A stretch of 64,000 bases of DNA, from the IMG/VR virus record IMGVR_UViG_3300037391_000010, positions 32,001 to 96,000 of that record; one strand, given 5' to 3'. The position numbers were made by a program, and so were the translations under genes. Within the stretch, counting starts at the first letter, position 1, and each line of letters starts with the position of its first letter. This DNA comes from a virus. This document shows positions 8,435 through 20,600 of the stretch, piece by piece. The notes under the pieces are model-generated. The model was not told the DNA's origin, did not search any database, and saw only the letters and a program-made list of their open reading frames with translations.

Positions 8435-11269
8435 ATGGCTAACGAGAAAATTTCACAATTAAATAGCGGAAATCCCGCTCAAGGTGGAGACCTGCTCCTC
8501 ATTGCCCGCTCAGGGCAAAGCCTTTCCGTGACGGCGAGCAGCGTGGCGGCTCTGGCAGGTGGTGGGTTTAGCGGGTCGTTCGCCGATCTCACGTCAGGCG
8601 TCAATGCTTCGGCTATATTTACGGTGGGTAACGGTGGGTCAATCACATTTTCTGGTGTCGCATCCCCCGTCACCACGCAATTAGCTACAGCAGGAGCTTA
8701 CGCCATCCTCGGTGCATCGGCGGTTACGAACTCCGATGGTGCAAGCACAATCATCAGCAATGGGAACATTGGTTCCTACCCGACCAACACGATCACACCG
8801 GGAAGTCCGCCATGGACTCTTTCGGGTGCATCAGTCGTCACCGCCGTCGCTCAGAACCAGACGGATTTGGCTGCGGCGATTTCCTACTATCAGGGATTGG
8901 GGCCGGGGACTGCTCTGGGTGTAGCTCTCGATGGTCTGACCCTCACCCCCGGCGTTTACAGCGGCGGAACTTTCACCTTGAGTGGTGGAAATCTTACGCT
9001 GAATGGCGCGGGCACCTACGTATTCCTCGCATCAACCACGATTGGCCTGACGGGTGCTTCAACAATCACCCTAACGGGAGGTGCAACAGCCGCGAACGTT
9101 GTCTTTGTCGCGGGTAGTTCATTCACCGCAGCCGCCAACGCTGGCACCGTATTCAATGGCAACATCCTTGCAGCCGTTTCCATTACGGTTGACGGTGGAG
9201 CATATACAGGTCGCCTGCTCGCGAATACTGGGGCGGTCACCATCTCCACCGCTACCACTGTCACCTTGTCATCGGGCGTTCAACTCGGTATAGTCAATGC
9301 AAATCAAATTTACGGTGTGACTGTCAGCGGTACGGCTCCAACCGCAGGACAAGTTCTCACAGCTACGAGCGCGACAACGGCCAATTGGCAGACACCTAGC
9401 GGTGGAGGCGGTGGTGGGGCATTCAGTGCAATCACCGCAGGCACCAACACCGCAGCTTTGGTGGTGGGCACGGGCGGTACGCTCATGGTCAGTGGCACGG
9501 GCGTGATACAAGCAACTCAGATTCGAGCCGTTATTGTCAGCGGCACAGCCCCAACCACAGGTCAGGTACTCACAGCGACAGGTGCAACAACTGCGAATTG
9601 GCAGACGCCTTCGGGCGGCGGTGGGGCTCCGGGTGGTGCTAATGGCGCGGCTCAGTACAATTCCTTCAGCACGTTTGCTGGTTCGCCCGATGTCTTCATC
9701 GACAATCCCAGCGTAATCAATGGATCGTATACCACTCCGCTTCAGATCACAGGCAGCAGTGCTCCGGGTAGCCATTTCGCTTTCAACGGCAACGATATGC
9801 TGGCGGTATTTGTTTACGGCAACAATTCTGCACCGGGATTGCGCCTTACGCCATCGGGCGACACTCAAGAGGTTGACATCAACCTCGCAAACTCTTACGG
9901 CGAGACCGCACAGTTCACGCCCGGATTATTGGCGATCAACGGTCTGTTCGGCGGGTATATTTCGTTGGGTCCGAATTCGCCATTCAGCCCCGGAAATGGT
10001 TTTGGCTTCGCGAGATTTGAAGACGACAGTTCTAACTTCACGGAGATTGGTGGAGGTGTTACGGATTCGTGCGGTAGCATCTACATGTTTAACGAATATC
10101 AGGTTTCCACCAACGGCCATGCCGCTCTCACAGTTTATGGCGGCTATGGAGCCCACGATGACATCATGGCGTTGTTCCTGAATCAAGGCGCAACCACAAT
10201 CACTCCGTCTCTTGCATTCGCAGTTGGTTTTTCGGTCGATACAAACGGACACGTGACAGCAGGTAAGGCAGGTCAGGGAGCTTTCAATACAGATTTTGCG
10301 GGAACCATCGGACTTACATCTACATCGCAAGCAGTGACGTTCGGAGCACCGTTCACAGGGGCTAACCCGCCCATAGTAACCGTGACCGCCCTTTCCGATC
10401 CATCGCCTCTCGGCGGCGTGTGGATTACCAATCAAGGTGCAACGACTGCGTGGACAGGATTCACACTCAACGTCACTATGGCTCCCCCAGACTTCATTAT
10501 AGCCACTAGCGCCGAGGACAATTCCAGTCTTACCGTAACTATGACCCTTGCATCCAAGATAACAGGCTCCGTCGCCAGCGGCACCTTTGTTTCTGGTGAA
10601 GTGGTCACACAAACTTTATCGGGCGCAATGGCGTATCTCGTCAGCACGGCTCCTACGGCATCCGCTCCGATGTATATCTCGAACATTATGTATTTTGCAA
10701 CTGGTTCAGTAACCAGCGGCACGTTTACCCCGGGCGAATTGGTCACGCAGGCCAGCACGCTCGCAACGGCTTACCTGATGGGTGCGGTTCCTACGGGATC
10801 GAGTGACATATATCTCATGCTCGTCTCAGGAACCCCAGACTCATCGGATATTTGGACAGGGCAGCTTAGTGGAGCCACTTACACTCCGACCACCGCACCT
10901 GCTATCACGGGAACACCCGACTCGTCGGATATTTGGACAGGCGACACCAGCGGAGCTATTTACACCCCAACGTCCGCGCCTGTTGCCCCCGGTAGTTTCT
11001 CACCGGGCGGGTATGTCGGCAACTTGGTAGGTCTAACGAATTTGTCGAATCTGAATGGTTACCCGTATTGGGGAATACCCGATGGCATCTACTACGGCTA
11101 CCTCCTACCTGCGGGCACTTTTGCTGGGTTCAAAACCTATGGAACGAGCGGCACCACGTTGGTATTCATCGATCCAACACTTACAGGTCCGGGTCAGACG
11201 CTTGCTGTTGAAACAGGCGATGCTCTTTTCTCAGTGAACTTCAACTATCACGTAATCGGGCAGTCGTAA
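8435..11269 (+). CDS. Fibre protein with a DUF3494 ice-binding-like domain and internal repeats
   Basis: LATAGAYAILGASAVTN...LTPGVY...GGATAANVVF...YTGRLLA; same N-terminal anchor as 6356..7768. Confidence 0.8.
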   Translation: MANEKISQLNSGNPAQGGDLLLIARSGQSLSVTASSVAALAGGGFSGSFADLTSGVNASAIFTVGNGGSITFSGVASPVTTQLATAGAYAILGASAVTNSDGASTIISNGNIGSYPTNTITPGSPPWTLSGASVVTAVAQNQTDLAAAISYYQGLGPGTALGVALDGLTLTPGVYSGGTFTLSGGNLTLNGAGTYVFLASTTIGLTGASTITLTGGATAANVVFVAGSSFTAAANAGTVFNGNILAAVSITVDGGAYTGRLLANTGAVTISTATTVTLSSGVQLGIVNANQIYGVTVSGTAPTAGQVLTATSATTANWQTPSGGGGGGAFSAITAGTNTAALVVGTGGTLMVSGTGVIQATQIRAVIVSGTAPTTGQVLTATGATTANWQTPSGGGGAPGGANGAAQYNSFSTFAGSPDVFIDNPSVINGSYTTPLQITGSSAPGSHFAFNGNDMLAVFVYGNNSAPGLRLTPSGDTQEVDINLANSYGETAQFTPGLLAINGLFGGYISLGPNSPFSPGNGFGFARFEDDSSNFTEIGGGVTDSCGSIYMFNEYQVSTNGHAALTVYGGYGAHDDIMALFLNQGATTITPSLAFAVGFSVDTNGHVTAGKAGQGAFNTDFAGTIGLTSTSQAVTFGAPFTGANPPIVTVTALSDPSPLGGVWITNQGATTAWTGFTLNVTMAPPDFIIATSAEDNSSLTVTMTLASKITGSVASGTFVSGEVVTQTLSGAMAYLVSTAPTASAPMYISNIMYFATGSVTSGTFTPGELVTQASTLATAYLMGAVPTGSSDIYLMLVSGTPDSSDIWTGQLSGATYTPTTAPAITGTPDSSDIWTGDTSGAIYTPTSAPVAPGSFSPGGYVGNLVGLTNLSNLNGYPYWGIPDGIYYGYLLPAGTFAGFKTYGTSGTTLVFIDPTLTGPGQTLAVETGDALFSVNFNYHVIGQS

Positions 11270-11276
11270 GGACATC

Positions 11277-12005
11277 ATGAGCATCACATACGGACCTAAG
11301 ATTCCGCAGTTATTCGTCAGCGCAGCCCTCGGTGACCAATACTACACCGCTGGCGAAGCGTTACTGCGTGGGTTGCAGGCACTCGTTGAGCCGAACGTCA
11401 TCAGTGTCGGTGCATTGAGTGCACCGCCTCCGACTCCAAGTGACGGCGACTCTTACATCGTTGGAGCCAGCCCCACTGGTGCATGGGCGGGTCAAGCCAA
11501 CAATTTCGCCTATTGGTCAACCGACAATCCCTCGGCTCCGAACGGAGAATGGGAATTCTACACGCCATTAAACGGCTGGATCGTCGGTAGCGGTGGAGCG
11601 ATTTACACCTTTAACGGAACAGCTTGGAGTGCCCCGATCACGGGGGGACGTGTAGCAGCTATTCCTTATGTGATTGATGGCGGCGGCTCCGTACCGTCCA
11701 CTGGATTGAAGGGACAACTCAGCATCCCAGCGGGCTGCACGATCACGGGCTGGGTTCTCACCTCAGACGTGAGCGGCTCCGCTGTCGTGGACGTTCTCCG
11801 CTCGACCTACGCCGCATTTCCAACCACCGCATCCATCGCTGGCACAGATATGCCCACACTCTCATCCGCACAAAAGAACCAAGATTTGGTATTAACCGGA
11901 TGGGGGTCTACGGCTATCAATGCAGGGGATGAGATTCAGTTCAACCTCGTTTCCGTCACTACGGTCACACGGCTCAACATCACTTTGAATGTGACCATCC
12001 CGTAA
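11277..12005 (+). CDS. DUF2793-like virion protein
   Basis: APPPTPSDGDSYIVGASPTGAWAGQ...WEFYTPLNGW. Confidence 0.75.
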   Translation: MSITYGPKIPQLFVSAALGDQYYTAGEALLRGLQALVEPNVISVGALSAPPPTPSDGDSYIVGASPTGAWAGQANNFAYWSTDNPSAPNGEWEFYTPLNGWIVGSGGAIYTFNGTAWSAPITGGRVAAIPYVIDGGGSVPSTGLKGQLSIPAGCTITGWVLTSDVSGSAVVDVLRSTYAAFPTTASIAGTDMPTLSSAQKNQDLVLTGWGSTAINAGDEIQFNLVSVTTVTRLNITLNVTIP

Positions 12006-12020
12006 GGCTGGAAAATAATC

Positions 12021-14189
12021 ATGGGTGCAACTTTAGTAGCGACAGCGGCAGCATCATCGCTTGTAGAGTTTGGCAGTCCAGCGACCACCGCTGCGCGGAA
12101 CACCACTGGTGCCAATTTTATTTGCGTGGCGTGCAACAACTATGATTCTGAAGCCTCTGAACTAACACTCACGGACACCATCGGTGGGAATCCAAGCGGC
12201 AACGTCTGGACATTGGTTCCCTACGACCCGACAAACCCCGGCGTTGCGGGCTTCCCCTTCTTCTACTACATGTACAATCCAGCCGTTGGTGCAAACCATG
12301 TGTTCAGCCTTGCGAGCACGGGCAACGCCGATCCCAACCTCTGCATGATGGCATTCTCTGGCGTGCCGCTCGGGTCGATTTCAGCCGACTACACTACTAC
12401 CCCCATTTCCGCTAGTGAAAGCGTCTCCACCCTGATCTTAGATTTTGCGACGACGGGAATACCCGTGCAAACGCAGTCGGTGAGTTTTGGAGGAGGCGGT
12501 ATAGGGACAAGCGGTAGCGGGACTTTCGCCAACCCCATACCAGTCGGACAGTCGATAGTTGTCGTGTTCCAAAATAACACCTTCTTCTCGACTTCAGGTG
12601 TGATGACGCTGACGGACTCATCGGGCAACGTTTACAGCCATTACACCGCAGCTTTCGGAACAAACCCTTGTTCGCAGGTAGACGTTTTCGTCGCATTCAA
12701 CGTTCCAGCTACATCGTCCCTCACGCTGAATTGGACGGCTCAAAACAGTATCGGCAATGGTGATGGAGAAGCGTGGACGGTGACGAACTTGACATCGTTA
12801 AATAGCTTCCTGTCAAACACACAGGCACCGAGCACCGGTCCGCTTACCAGTCCCACAATCACCCTCGCGTCATATCCAGCGGAGGATTGGCTCCTGCTTG
12901 CTACCAGCTACCCTTACGCGAGTCCAGTTGACAATTGGTCAAACATGGACGTGGGGGCTGTTGGCGGTGTGTTTCAACAAGTCACAACTTTTGCAGAGCG
13001 AGATGAAAGTTGGTGGGCGGTAGGCGGCAATTACGGCCCGATGCCATCCATCACCCCCGACTCAGGGCTTGGATTTCAGGTGCCAAATAACGCTGGCGAC
13101 CTCATCATTACCGCTGCGGGCATCGGCGACATTCAAGGAGATGTAGTTGCCGTCGATAGCGGCGTAACCATCGCGGGTAGCAGCATCCCATACAGCATCG
13201 TCGGGATCACGGCTGGCTATCTCGTCGCCGCACAAGGGGCGGTATCTTGCACTGGGAACATCACCATCGACACGGTTCCAAGCCCGCCGACCGCCGTTGT
13301 CAGTGTGGTAAATACAGCGCCGTTTGTAGCGCAACAAACATGTACGGGATTCGCTGCGATGACCTTGAACGGCCTCTTCACCACAAACAACGTAGCGACT
13401 ATCGCCGTGGCAAATTCCGCAGGTTTTACCCCCGGCATGGTCGTCTACCTTAACGGGTTTACGGATGCGACCATATCGAGCTACTTGAACGACCGCTTTG
13501 GGAACGTGGTCTCGGTTGGTTCTGGCGTTATATCCGTGGTAATGCCGCTCGGACTCGCAAATTATTCAACCCTAACCGCAGGTCCGGGAACTATCAGTCA
13601 GGTTGTCAAACTTCAAGGATTCACAAGCACGGGCACCAACAATCTTGACGGCGTGAACAATACCGATAAGACTTACGTCATCTCCATAGCCCCTAACGTT
13701 CTAACGCTCGCTGGCGGCTTTAGCGGTGTGGTGAGCGGTGCGTACACAGGGCAGGCCGATGGAACGGTTGGCATACCAGTAGACCCTGTTTGGTCGTGGG
13801 GTACTCCCTCATTGACGCCTGCGGGGAATCTTCCGACAGCGGGCTATCCCTTTCAGTCAATCCTTAGCAGCATGGTCAACGACGATTTACACGGGGTTTC
13901 CGAGCCTCCTTTGGGCGGCTACTCGGGAACATTCACTTTCATCTTCGGTGCCGCGCCCGGAAATATCAGCAACACACCGCCCGGGGCAGGCCCGTGGCCT
14001 CCCAGTGGCATCACGATCCAATGGCAGGGGACAGACGCGCAGGGATACCCACAGGTCGGCACTATGAACATACCGCAGTCCGCGCTTATAACGGGGACTT
14101 ACGGGCCGTTTATCATTCCCGCTGGCGCTTTTCACTACGGCATTGAAGCGGTTTCGACATCAGCAACGAATCGACGGCTGGTATGGTGA
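12021..14189 (+). CDS. Large Ser/Thr/Gly-rich virion structural protein
   Basis: Composition, repeated TD-x-x-GN motifs, position in the fibre operon. Confidence 0.65.
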   Translation: MGATLVATAAASSLVEFGSPATTAARNTTGANFICVACNNYDSEASELTLTDTIGGNPSGNVWTLVPYDPTNPGVAGFPFFYYMYNPAVGANHVFSLASTGNADPNLCMMAFSGVPLGSISADYTTTPISASESVSTLILDFATTGIPVQTQSVSFGGGGIGTSGSGTFANPIPVGQSIVVVFQNNTFFSTSGVMTLTDSSGNVYSHYTAAFGTNPCSQVDVFVAFNVPATSSLTLNWTAQNSIGNGDGEAWTVTNLTSLNSFLSNTQAPSTGPLTSPTITLASYPAEDWLLLATSYPYASPVDNWSNMDVGAVGGVFQQVTTFAERDESWWAVGGNYGPMPSITPDSGLGFQVPNNAGDLIITAAGIGDIQGDVVAVDSGVTIAGSSIPYSIVGITAGYLVAAQGAVSCTGNITIDTVPSPPTAVVSVVNTAPFVAQQTCTGFAAMTLNGLFTTNNVATIAVANSAGFTPGMVVYLNGFTDATISSYLNDRFGNVVSVGSGVISVVMPLGLANYSTLTAGPGTISQVVKLQGFTSTGTNNLDGVNNTDKTYVISIAPNVLTLAGGFSGVVSGAYTGQADGTVGIPVDPVWSWGTPSLTPAGNLPTAGYPFQSILSSMVNDDLHGVSEPPLGGYSGTFTFIFGAAPGNISNTPPGAGPWPPSGITIQWQGTDAQGYPQVGTMNIPQSALITGTYGPFIIPAGAFHYGIEAVSTSATNRRLVW

Positions 14190-14394
14190 TTTTCCCATCG
14201 CCACAATTGATAGCGAGAGGGGTTTGCATCGCTCCAATGCTGTTCGGGTTTTAAGTGTTGTAGTATCATAGTTTTACGGATCGAGCGACTGTTTTCTGGC
14301 CGCTACATCATCGGCAAGTGGGGAATCACACTACCGAAACCTCAATATGAGTGTGCTTTTAGACGCTTATCCCTAGCTAGGAGAAACGAACATC

Positions 14395-14628
14395 ATGTCC
14401 AAGAAAATCGCAGCAGCAGACGCAACGGCAATGAACTCGCTCTACAAGGGTGAACTCGGTCGCCTCGGCCTCAAGGTCGCACAGAAGGACGCAAAGGACT
14501 CAGCCGCAGGGCAGTCCCACGATCCTCAGGCTTTCGAGGATCACGAAGATTACATGAAGACCCTTGAGTCGGTCCTGAAGGAAGATGAAAAGACCGCAGG
14601 CGATCCCAACGACCCAATCACCGACTAA
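14395..14628 (+). CDS. Small putative internal head protein with KxA motifs
   Basis: Strong SD (AGGAGA); KIA, KVA and KTA motifs. Confidence 0.65.
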   Translation: MSKKIAAADATAMNSLYKGELGRLGLKVAQKDAKDSAAGQSHDPQAFEDHEDYMKTLESVLKEDEKTAGDPNDPITD

Positions 14629-14637
14629 GGAGGAAAG

Positions 14638-17600
14638 ATGAAGCTGGACGCCACACAAGCGGCGGCTGCCAAGCTTTCCCACCTAATCGAGCCCGGGCGT
14701 ACCGTCTATTCCACGGATGGTCGCGCCTACAGGGTCTTGTCAAAGATCGCCTCGGGGGGCTCCCTGAGCTTCCGTCTGGCAAATCTTCAGGGACAGCCTG
14801 TTCCAACCCCCGCAAACTTTACCCCGATCAGCGGGGCTTGGATGCGTTTCGCGTCCTTCCTGAAGTACGCCTACAACAAAGACATCACCGCAATCGTCAA
14901 CGAGATGATTACGCAGGCGGGTTTACCTATCGACCCCAAAATGGACTGGGCTGCGTACCTGACGAAGACTTACTCCGCAAATCTCAGTTCTGTAACCACC
15001 GACCCCGACATTCAGGACGAAGTGATCTATCGGACGGTCGTCTATCTTTTGTTTGAACGAAAGAACAAGAACGGCAAAAAGGTTCTGGAGAACTTTGCCG
15101 AGAAGCTGAAGAACTTCGATGTAAAAACCCAGAAGAAGCCGCTCGCAGAACAAGTCAGCGACTACCTGAAGGGCACCTTCCTTTACTACGCCAAGGATCA
15201 TGCCAAGCATGATGCGATTGCCCTGATGCGCCCCGAAGAGATGAGCATGGAGCAGCCCGGCGAAGAAGGTGAGACCTACAACATCCTCGACACCGAAGAG
15301 CACGCTACCGCTCCGGGCGTTGGACAATCCGAATCCGACCGCGACATCGATCAGTTCATCGCTCAGTTCCAAGAGTGGGTGAAAGGCAAGGAAACTCCGA
15401 AGTCCGCCCCTAACTACGCCGCCCTGCTCAAGATTTTCTGGGATCAATCCCAACAGACCGAGAGCGGAGAAGTTAAGATCAGTGATTTGACGCAAGAGTG
15501 GATTCGCCGCACAGGTTTGAGTTTCGACTCTCTGAAGCAGTACCGAGACAAGATCGGCGGCTTGCTTCGTGATTTCGTTTATGAGAACAAGGCTCAACTG
15601 GGCAACTCTTACAAGCTCGCCGACCTGTTGCAGCACATGTTCCCACCGCCTCCGAAGGCGAAGGCACGTCCAGCCAAGGCTTCGTCCTTCAAGGCCGCAG
15701 GGTGTATCGCATCCGAATACTGCCCGCAGTGCGGCAACGATGAGAATGGCTGCCATTGCCCGAACAAAGCGGATTTGCTGGATGGCGAGACACGAGGCGA
15801 TAAGACGGCCTCGGACCATCACCGCAAGCAAGTGTGCAAGTGTGGTAGCGTCCAGACCTGCCGCTGCTCGGCTCCGAAGATCGCTTTCAATGTGAACTCC
15901 TGCTCTAACTGTCGTACCGCTGCTGAGAAGCCGAAGTGTCCGCACTGTGGCTCCGACGATTACGGCCTGATGCCCACGGATTTCGAGACCGCCAAGTGTA
16001 ACGCCTGCGGCAAGAACTGGGAGCACGGCATCGTCAAGGGTATCAATGACCCGAAGGAAGCCGCTTACGGACACGCCGACAGACCGATCAATGAGGAACA
16101 GACGAAACTGGAACAGGACGTAGATCGTTTCAGCAAGGAACTCAAGAAGTTCCCCAAAGGGCCAACGGGCATGACGCCTGACGCTACCAAGGCTACTCCC
16201 GAGTGGCAGGCAGCAAAGCGCAACTACGATCAGGCTTTCCAAGCCCTGCGGAATTACAACTCCAAGCACACGGCGGCTGACCTCGGTCGATGCTCCTGTG
16301 AATGGGAAGAATGTCCGTTGGGTCACAAAGCTGGTGGGTGTCCGAACCCCGCAGCCCACATGCTTGAGATTTATGGGTACAAGACCCGCTACTGCCAGCC
16401 ATGCACCGATGCAACCATCGAGTACATCCGCTTGGAACAGGGTACGGGCGATGCGGACAACACGGTTAAGATTCTATCCTCTGTAGACACGGAGCATGGC
16501 GTTCACCCATCTCAGCCTGAGGATCACAAGGCTGCCGCTCCGTACTGCGACGGCTGCGACCGCCCGAAGGCGAACTGTATCTGTGAGGGCTGTGAGTGCC
16601 CAGAGAACAAGAACGCGAGCAAGTACGGCGACAAGATCAAGAAGATGGAAGCTCGTCGCGGTGAGTCCATCGAGTCAACGCTTAAGAAGGCGGACGGCGA
16701 AATGGGCGAAGCACCAGAGAAGCCCACTCTTCAGAAGCTCCCCAGCGAGGGCGGCTTCCACCCTATCGCGGCAGGCGAGATTCAATACACCGCTCCCGGA
16801 TTACAGGTGGTACTCGCCGAGGACTGGTTTATTTATGTGACGGATGAGACCACAGAGCACATGTGGGTTTACAATACGGAGATGTGGTACGAGTGGGGAG
16901 AGATTCCAAACGCTTTCGGTGAGGACACAACGAAGCCCCAGCCCACGGTCGAAGCGATGATCCCGTATGCCAAGGGGCACACACCCGAGCCTCTCATGGA
17001 TGACAATAAGAAGCAGATGACGCTTCAAGAATTTGAAGCAAGCAACGGCGACAACTGGGCTGATCCCGGTTTTGACAAAGAGGGGATGATCGGTCACGAT
17101 TTCATGAATGCCGATCAAGATGCGATTCGCCCCCGCATTACGCCCGGAGACACTGGACGCCTGCCTCATGCTCGCACGCAGGGGTCGCTTAAAGAATCTG
17201 CGGAAGGCGGGCTACAACACGCAAATTTGCCACGTTTTGTCGTAATGAACGGCGGCTATCCGATGGAAGTGCACAAAGAGAATTGCCGCGACATGAACAT
17301 GCCGAAGTATCGTCATGCGCCCAAGGATTGGGTTCTCACTGGTAACACAGTTGATGAAGCAGTGGAAGTGGCGGCGGGAGAGTTGAACAGCCAGTTCGAT
17401 GAGCCGTATGACACGGAAGACCTCTTCCGTGTGATGCCTTGCTGCCGTAAGAAGACCGCTGCGGAACTCGCTGGTCGTGGCGGCGGGGAAGACGATGTAC
17501 GCGGAGCAGGTGATCTGTGGCGTGAAGAGTTCTATCAAGAGGGCGGTTCAGCGGGGGCTCCTCCAAAGATTGCCACATCGCTGAAAACATTGCCATGCTG

Positions 17601-20600
17601 CGGGTCGGTATCAAGTCATCACAAACCCGGTTGCAAAGTGTACAATGATAATTTCACCAAGACCTTGACCACGTTGTATCCAGAGAAGTTTGGGAGTGGT
17701 GATATGTTTGTAGCCGCAACGAAAATTGCCGCCGATCAGTGGAAGGTCACCATCCGCGATCCTAAAGGAAAGCAACGAGAGGAAAAGGTTAGGGGTCAGG
17801 ATTACAGCGCAGCCGAACGTGCAGTGACAAAGAAGATGAAGGACAAAGAACAACTCGTTAGCATGACGGTTGCCAATAAAACTGCGGCTCCTGCGGCAGC
17901 GGCACCAGCACCAGCCGCCCGACCAGCGCAAGCACCCCAGACAGTGGTAGCTCCACCAGCAGGCACGGCTGTCGCTCTGCCGGGTCAACAACCGACGACA
18001 GAAGACGAGAAACCGATGCGGAAGACAGTTGTACCCGAGCTTCCCGGAAAGAAGTGGCACATGACCAGCAAAACAGCAAGCATTCTCGAAGACGCCTTCC
18101 AGTATTTCATGGAAGGTAAGAAGGAGGGAGGGCTGGCGGATGTGTTCAACGAACATTACACCCGCACTGGCAAGGGCGAAGACAAGTACATCGCCTGCTC
18201 CAAGCTCATGATGGATTTTGAGTACGCTTTCCAGCGTCAAGAGGACGGCTCCCTAAGCGACGAAGACAGTCTCCGTGAGGACGCGGAGAACGCATTGCGT
18301 GAGATCGTTGGCGATGACCCGAACTACAGCGAGAGCGCAGCACCAGCGACAAAAGGGGCACTCAAGTCTGGACAGAACACTCCCGAAGTAGAGGCTGAAG
18401 TTGCTCAGTTGGCGCAAACTCATCCGCTGACTGAGGTTCACGAGAATTGCAACCCAGCCTATGAGCACGGGCAGTGGTGGATCATCTGCGGCCCATGCGG
18501 TGCTTCGTGGGCGGTTGAAGATGCTACGGGCGGACAGAGCTACAACGGTCTCGATCTGGAAGAGGTTGATGCGGGCGATGGTTCCTGCCAAGAGAATCTC
18601 CATGAGTCCTCTACGGTTCAAGTTCCGGGCATGGCTGGACTGCAATCAGAGGCAAAGGAAGTAACGAGTTCGGTGGAGAAGAAAGCATGGATTGAGGATG
18701 AAGGTGAAGTAGAAGAGGAATCGGTTCAGGATCGTTTGGAATACCTCAGGGGCGAACTCCGCGCCGAGCGGATCAGTCAGGGGGAGTTGATGGAATTACA
18801 GGGTCTTGCCGACTACATTGACCCCGGCGATGTGGAATTGTTGGAGGCCGCTGGTGTCGAAGAAGTTATATCTCAGCCCGATGTACCCATTGAGACACCT
18901 GAGTTCGGTGAAGCCGATAAAACCCGTCTGAGGGGTCTTGGTGTAATTGGAAAGAAAAAGAAGGCGTTCGAGCCCGGAGCCAATAGTGGTATCCGTGGTT
19001 CCAACGACGGCACGTACATCTATCAGGCGGACGTATGGTGCGAGAATTGTGCTACGGAGATCGCCGCCACGTTGGATGCGGAAGGCAAGACGCCGCCTAA
19101 CGTGATGGATGAGGCTTCGTATGATTCGGACAACTACCCGAAAGGGCCGTTCTTCGAAGAGGAATCCGATGCACCCGAGCATTGTTCGGGCTGCAAGATT
19201 TTCCTTGAAAACCCACTGACGGCTGATGGCACAGAGTACATGACACAGATGGTTGATAAAGCCGTCGCCGAAGGTCGCGGCGAAGAGCCACACATTAAGG
19301 AATGGATGGACTTTTACGGGTATCGTCCTGAGGAGAAAAACATGATAGAGTCATCCGATGCATCGGACAAAATCAACGCAATGCCGCAGCGTGGCAGGCC
19401 AAAGAGCCCGTCGCAGTTGGGTCTCCAAGAAAAATCAGAACTCGATCTGCGTAATGAGGGAATCCCTTTGAGAAGCAGCGAGGACAAAGTGGCGGCTACT
19501 CCACAGCCCACGTCTGGCGAAGACGAGGGGTTCAACGTCAAGGTCGTCTACAACAAGTACGGCATCACGCTGGAGCCAACCAACAACCTGCTCAGCGATG
19601 TGCAGGGCATCGGCGAATCGATCCCGAAGCCGAGCATCTGGGAACTGATGGAGGACTTCTTCACCAATGGCTGGGAGATGGTCAACCCTGAAGACATCGG
19701 GGCATTGACATCTGGCGAGATCATGAGTGACCAAGACGGCAACGTTTACTGGCACGAGCGTTATCAGATCGAGGACATGGTTGAAGAGTTGATGAACGGC
19801 AACAAGGTCAACTTGCAATACGGCGGCAACCTGTTCGAGATGGATGAGGGCAGCGAGATCGCCCCGCCTGCCGAACCCGATCCGAATCAGATGGAGCTTC
19901 CGCTCCAGTCTTCCAAGAAGGAGGCCACGGGCGAGATGAGTCAGGCTGAGCTTGACGAGAATGGTCGCGAAGAGTGGCCGATGCATTACAACATCGCTGA
20001 CGCTCTTGGGGCTGAAGTAAAGCCGTTCGACCAGTATCAAGGGCCGTATGTTCGCGTGCCTGAAGGTCGTCTGTGGGTCACTACTCCCGAAGGAGCGGGC
20101 GATGGGGCGGAACTCATCGTTTGGAACGAGAGCAACCGTAAGTCGAGCGAGCCGTTTATGTGGGATGACGAGAATGCGGCGGTCGATGCTGCTCTCAGCG
20201 TCATGGATAATCCCCCAGCCAACACTTTGCCTTGGGGTGCGGAGCGTGAGGAGCAGTTGAAGAACGGCCCCGACACGTCTGAGGTCGAAGACACGGTTCC
20301 AGCGGAACATCCCGAAGGCTGGACGCCTGAGTTTAGTAAGGGCGACAAGGAGAGTCTGCACGGACTTGGTGTCAAGGGTTCGAAGAAACAGGCGGCACCC
20401 GGCGACGGTGGGCTCCAACGCGACGTACAAAAAGCACAGGGTCTCAAGCCAGAACAGAAAAATTACGACAAGGCTATCGTGAACGCCTATGAAACCCATC
20501 CGTTGGTGGAATTGCTCTGGAATTCCATGAAGCGTGATCCGCAGCACAAGGATCGCGTCCAGACTGGGTACGGCACCAAGACGAAGCAGGGTTTGGTGCT

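Noticed and set aside
9310-10990. DGR template/variable repeats in fibre genes
   Set aside because: Repeats are internal coding duplications with mostly synonymous, not adenine-specific, differences; no reverse transcriptase in the window
14125-14254. Further frameshift extending 12021-14189 (alternative end ...APMLFGF)
   Set aside because: No conserved motif to decide between frames
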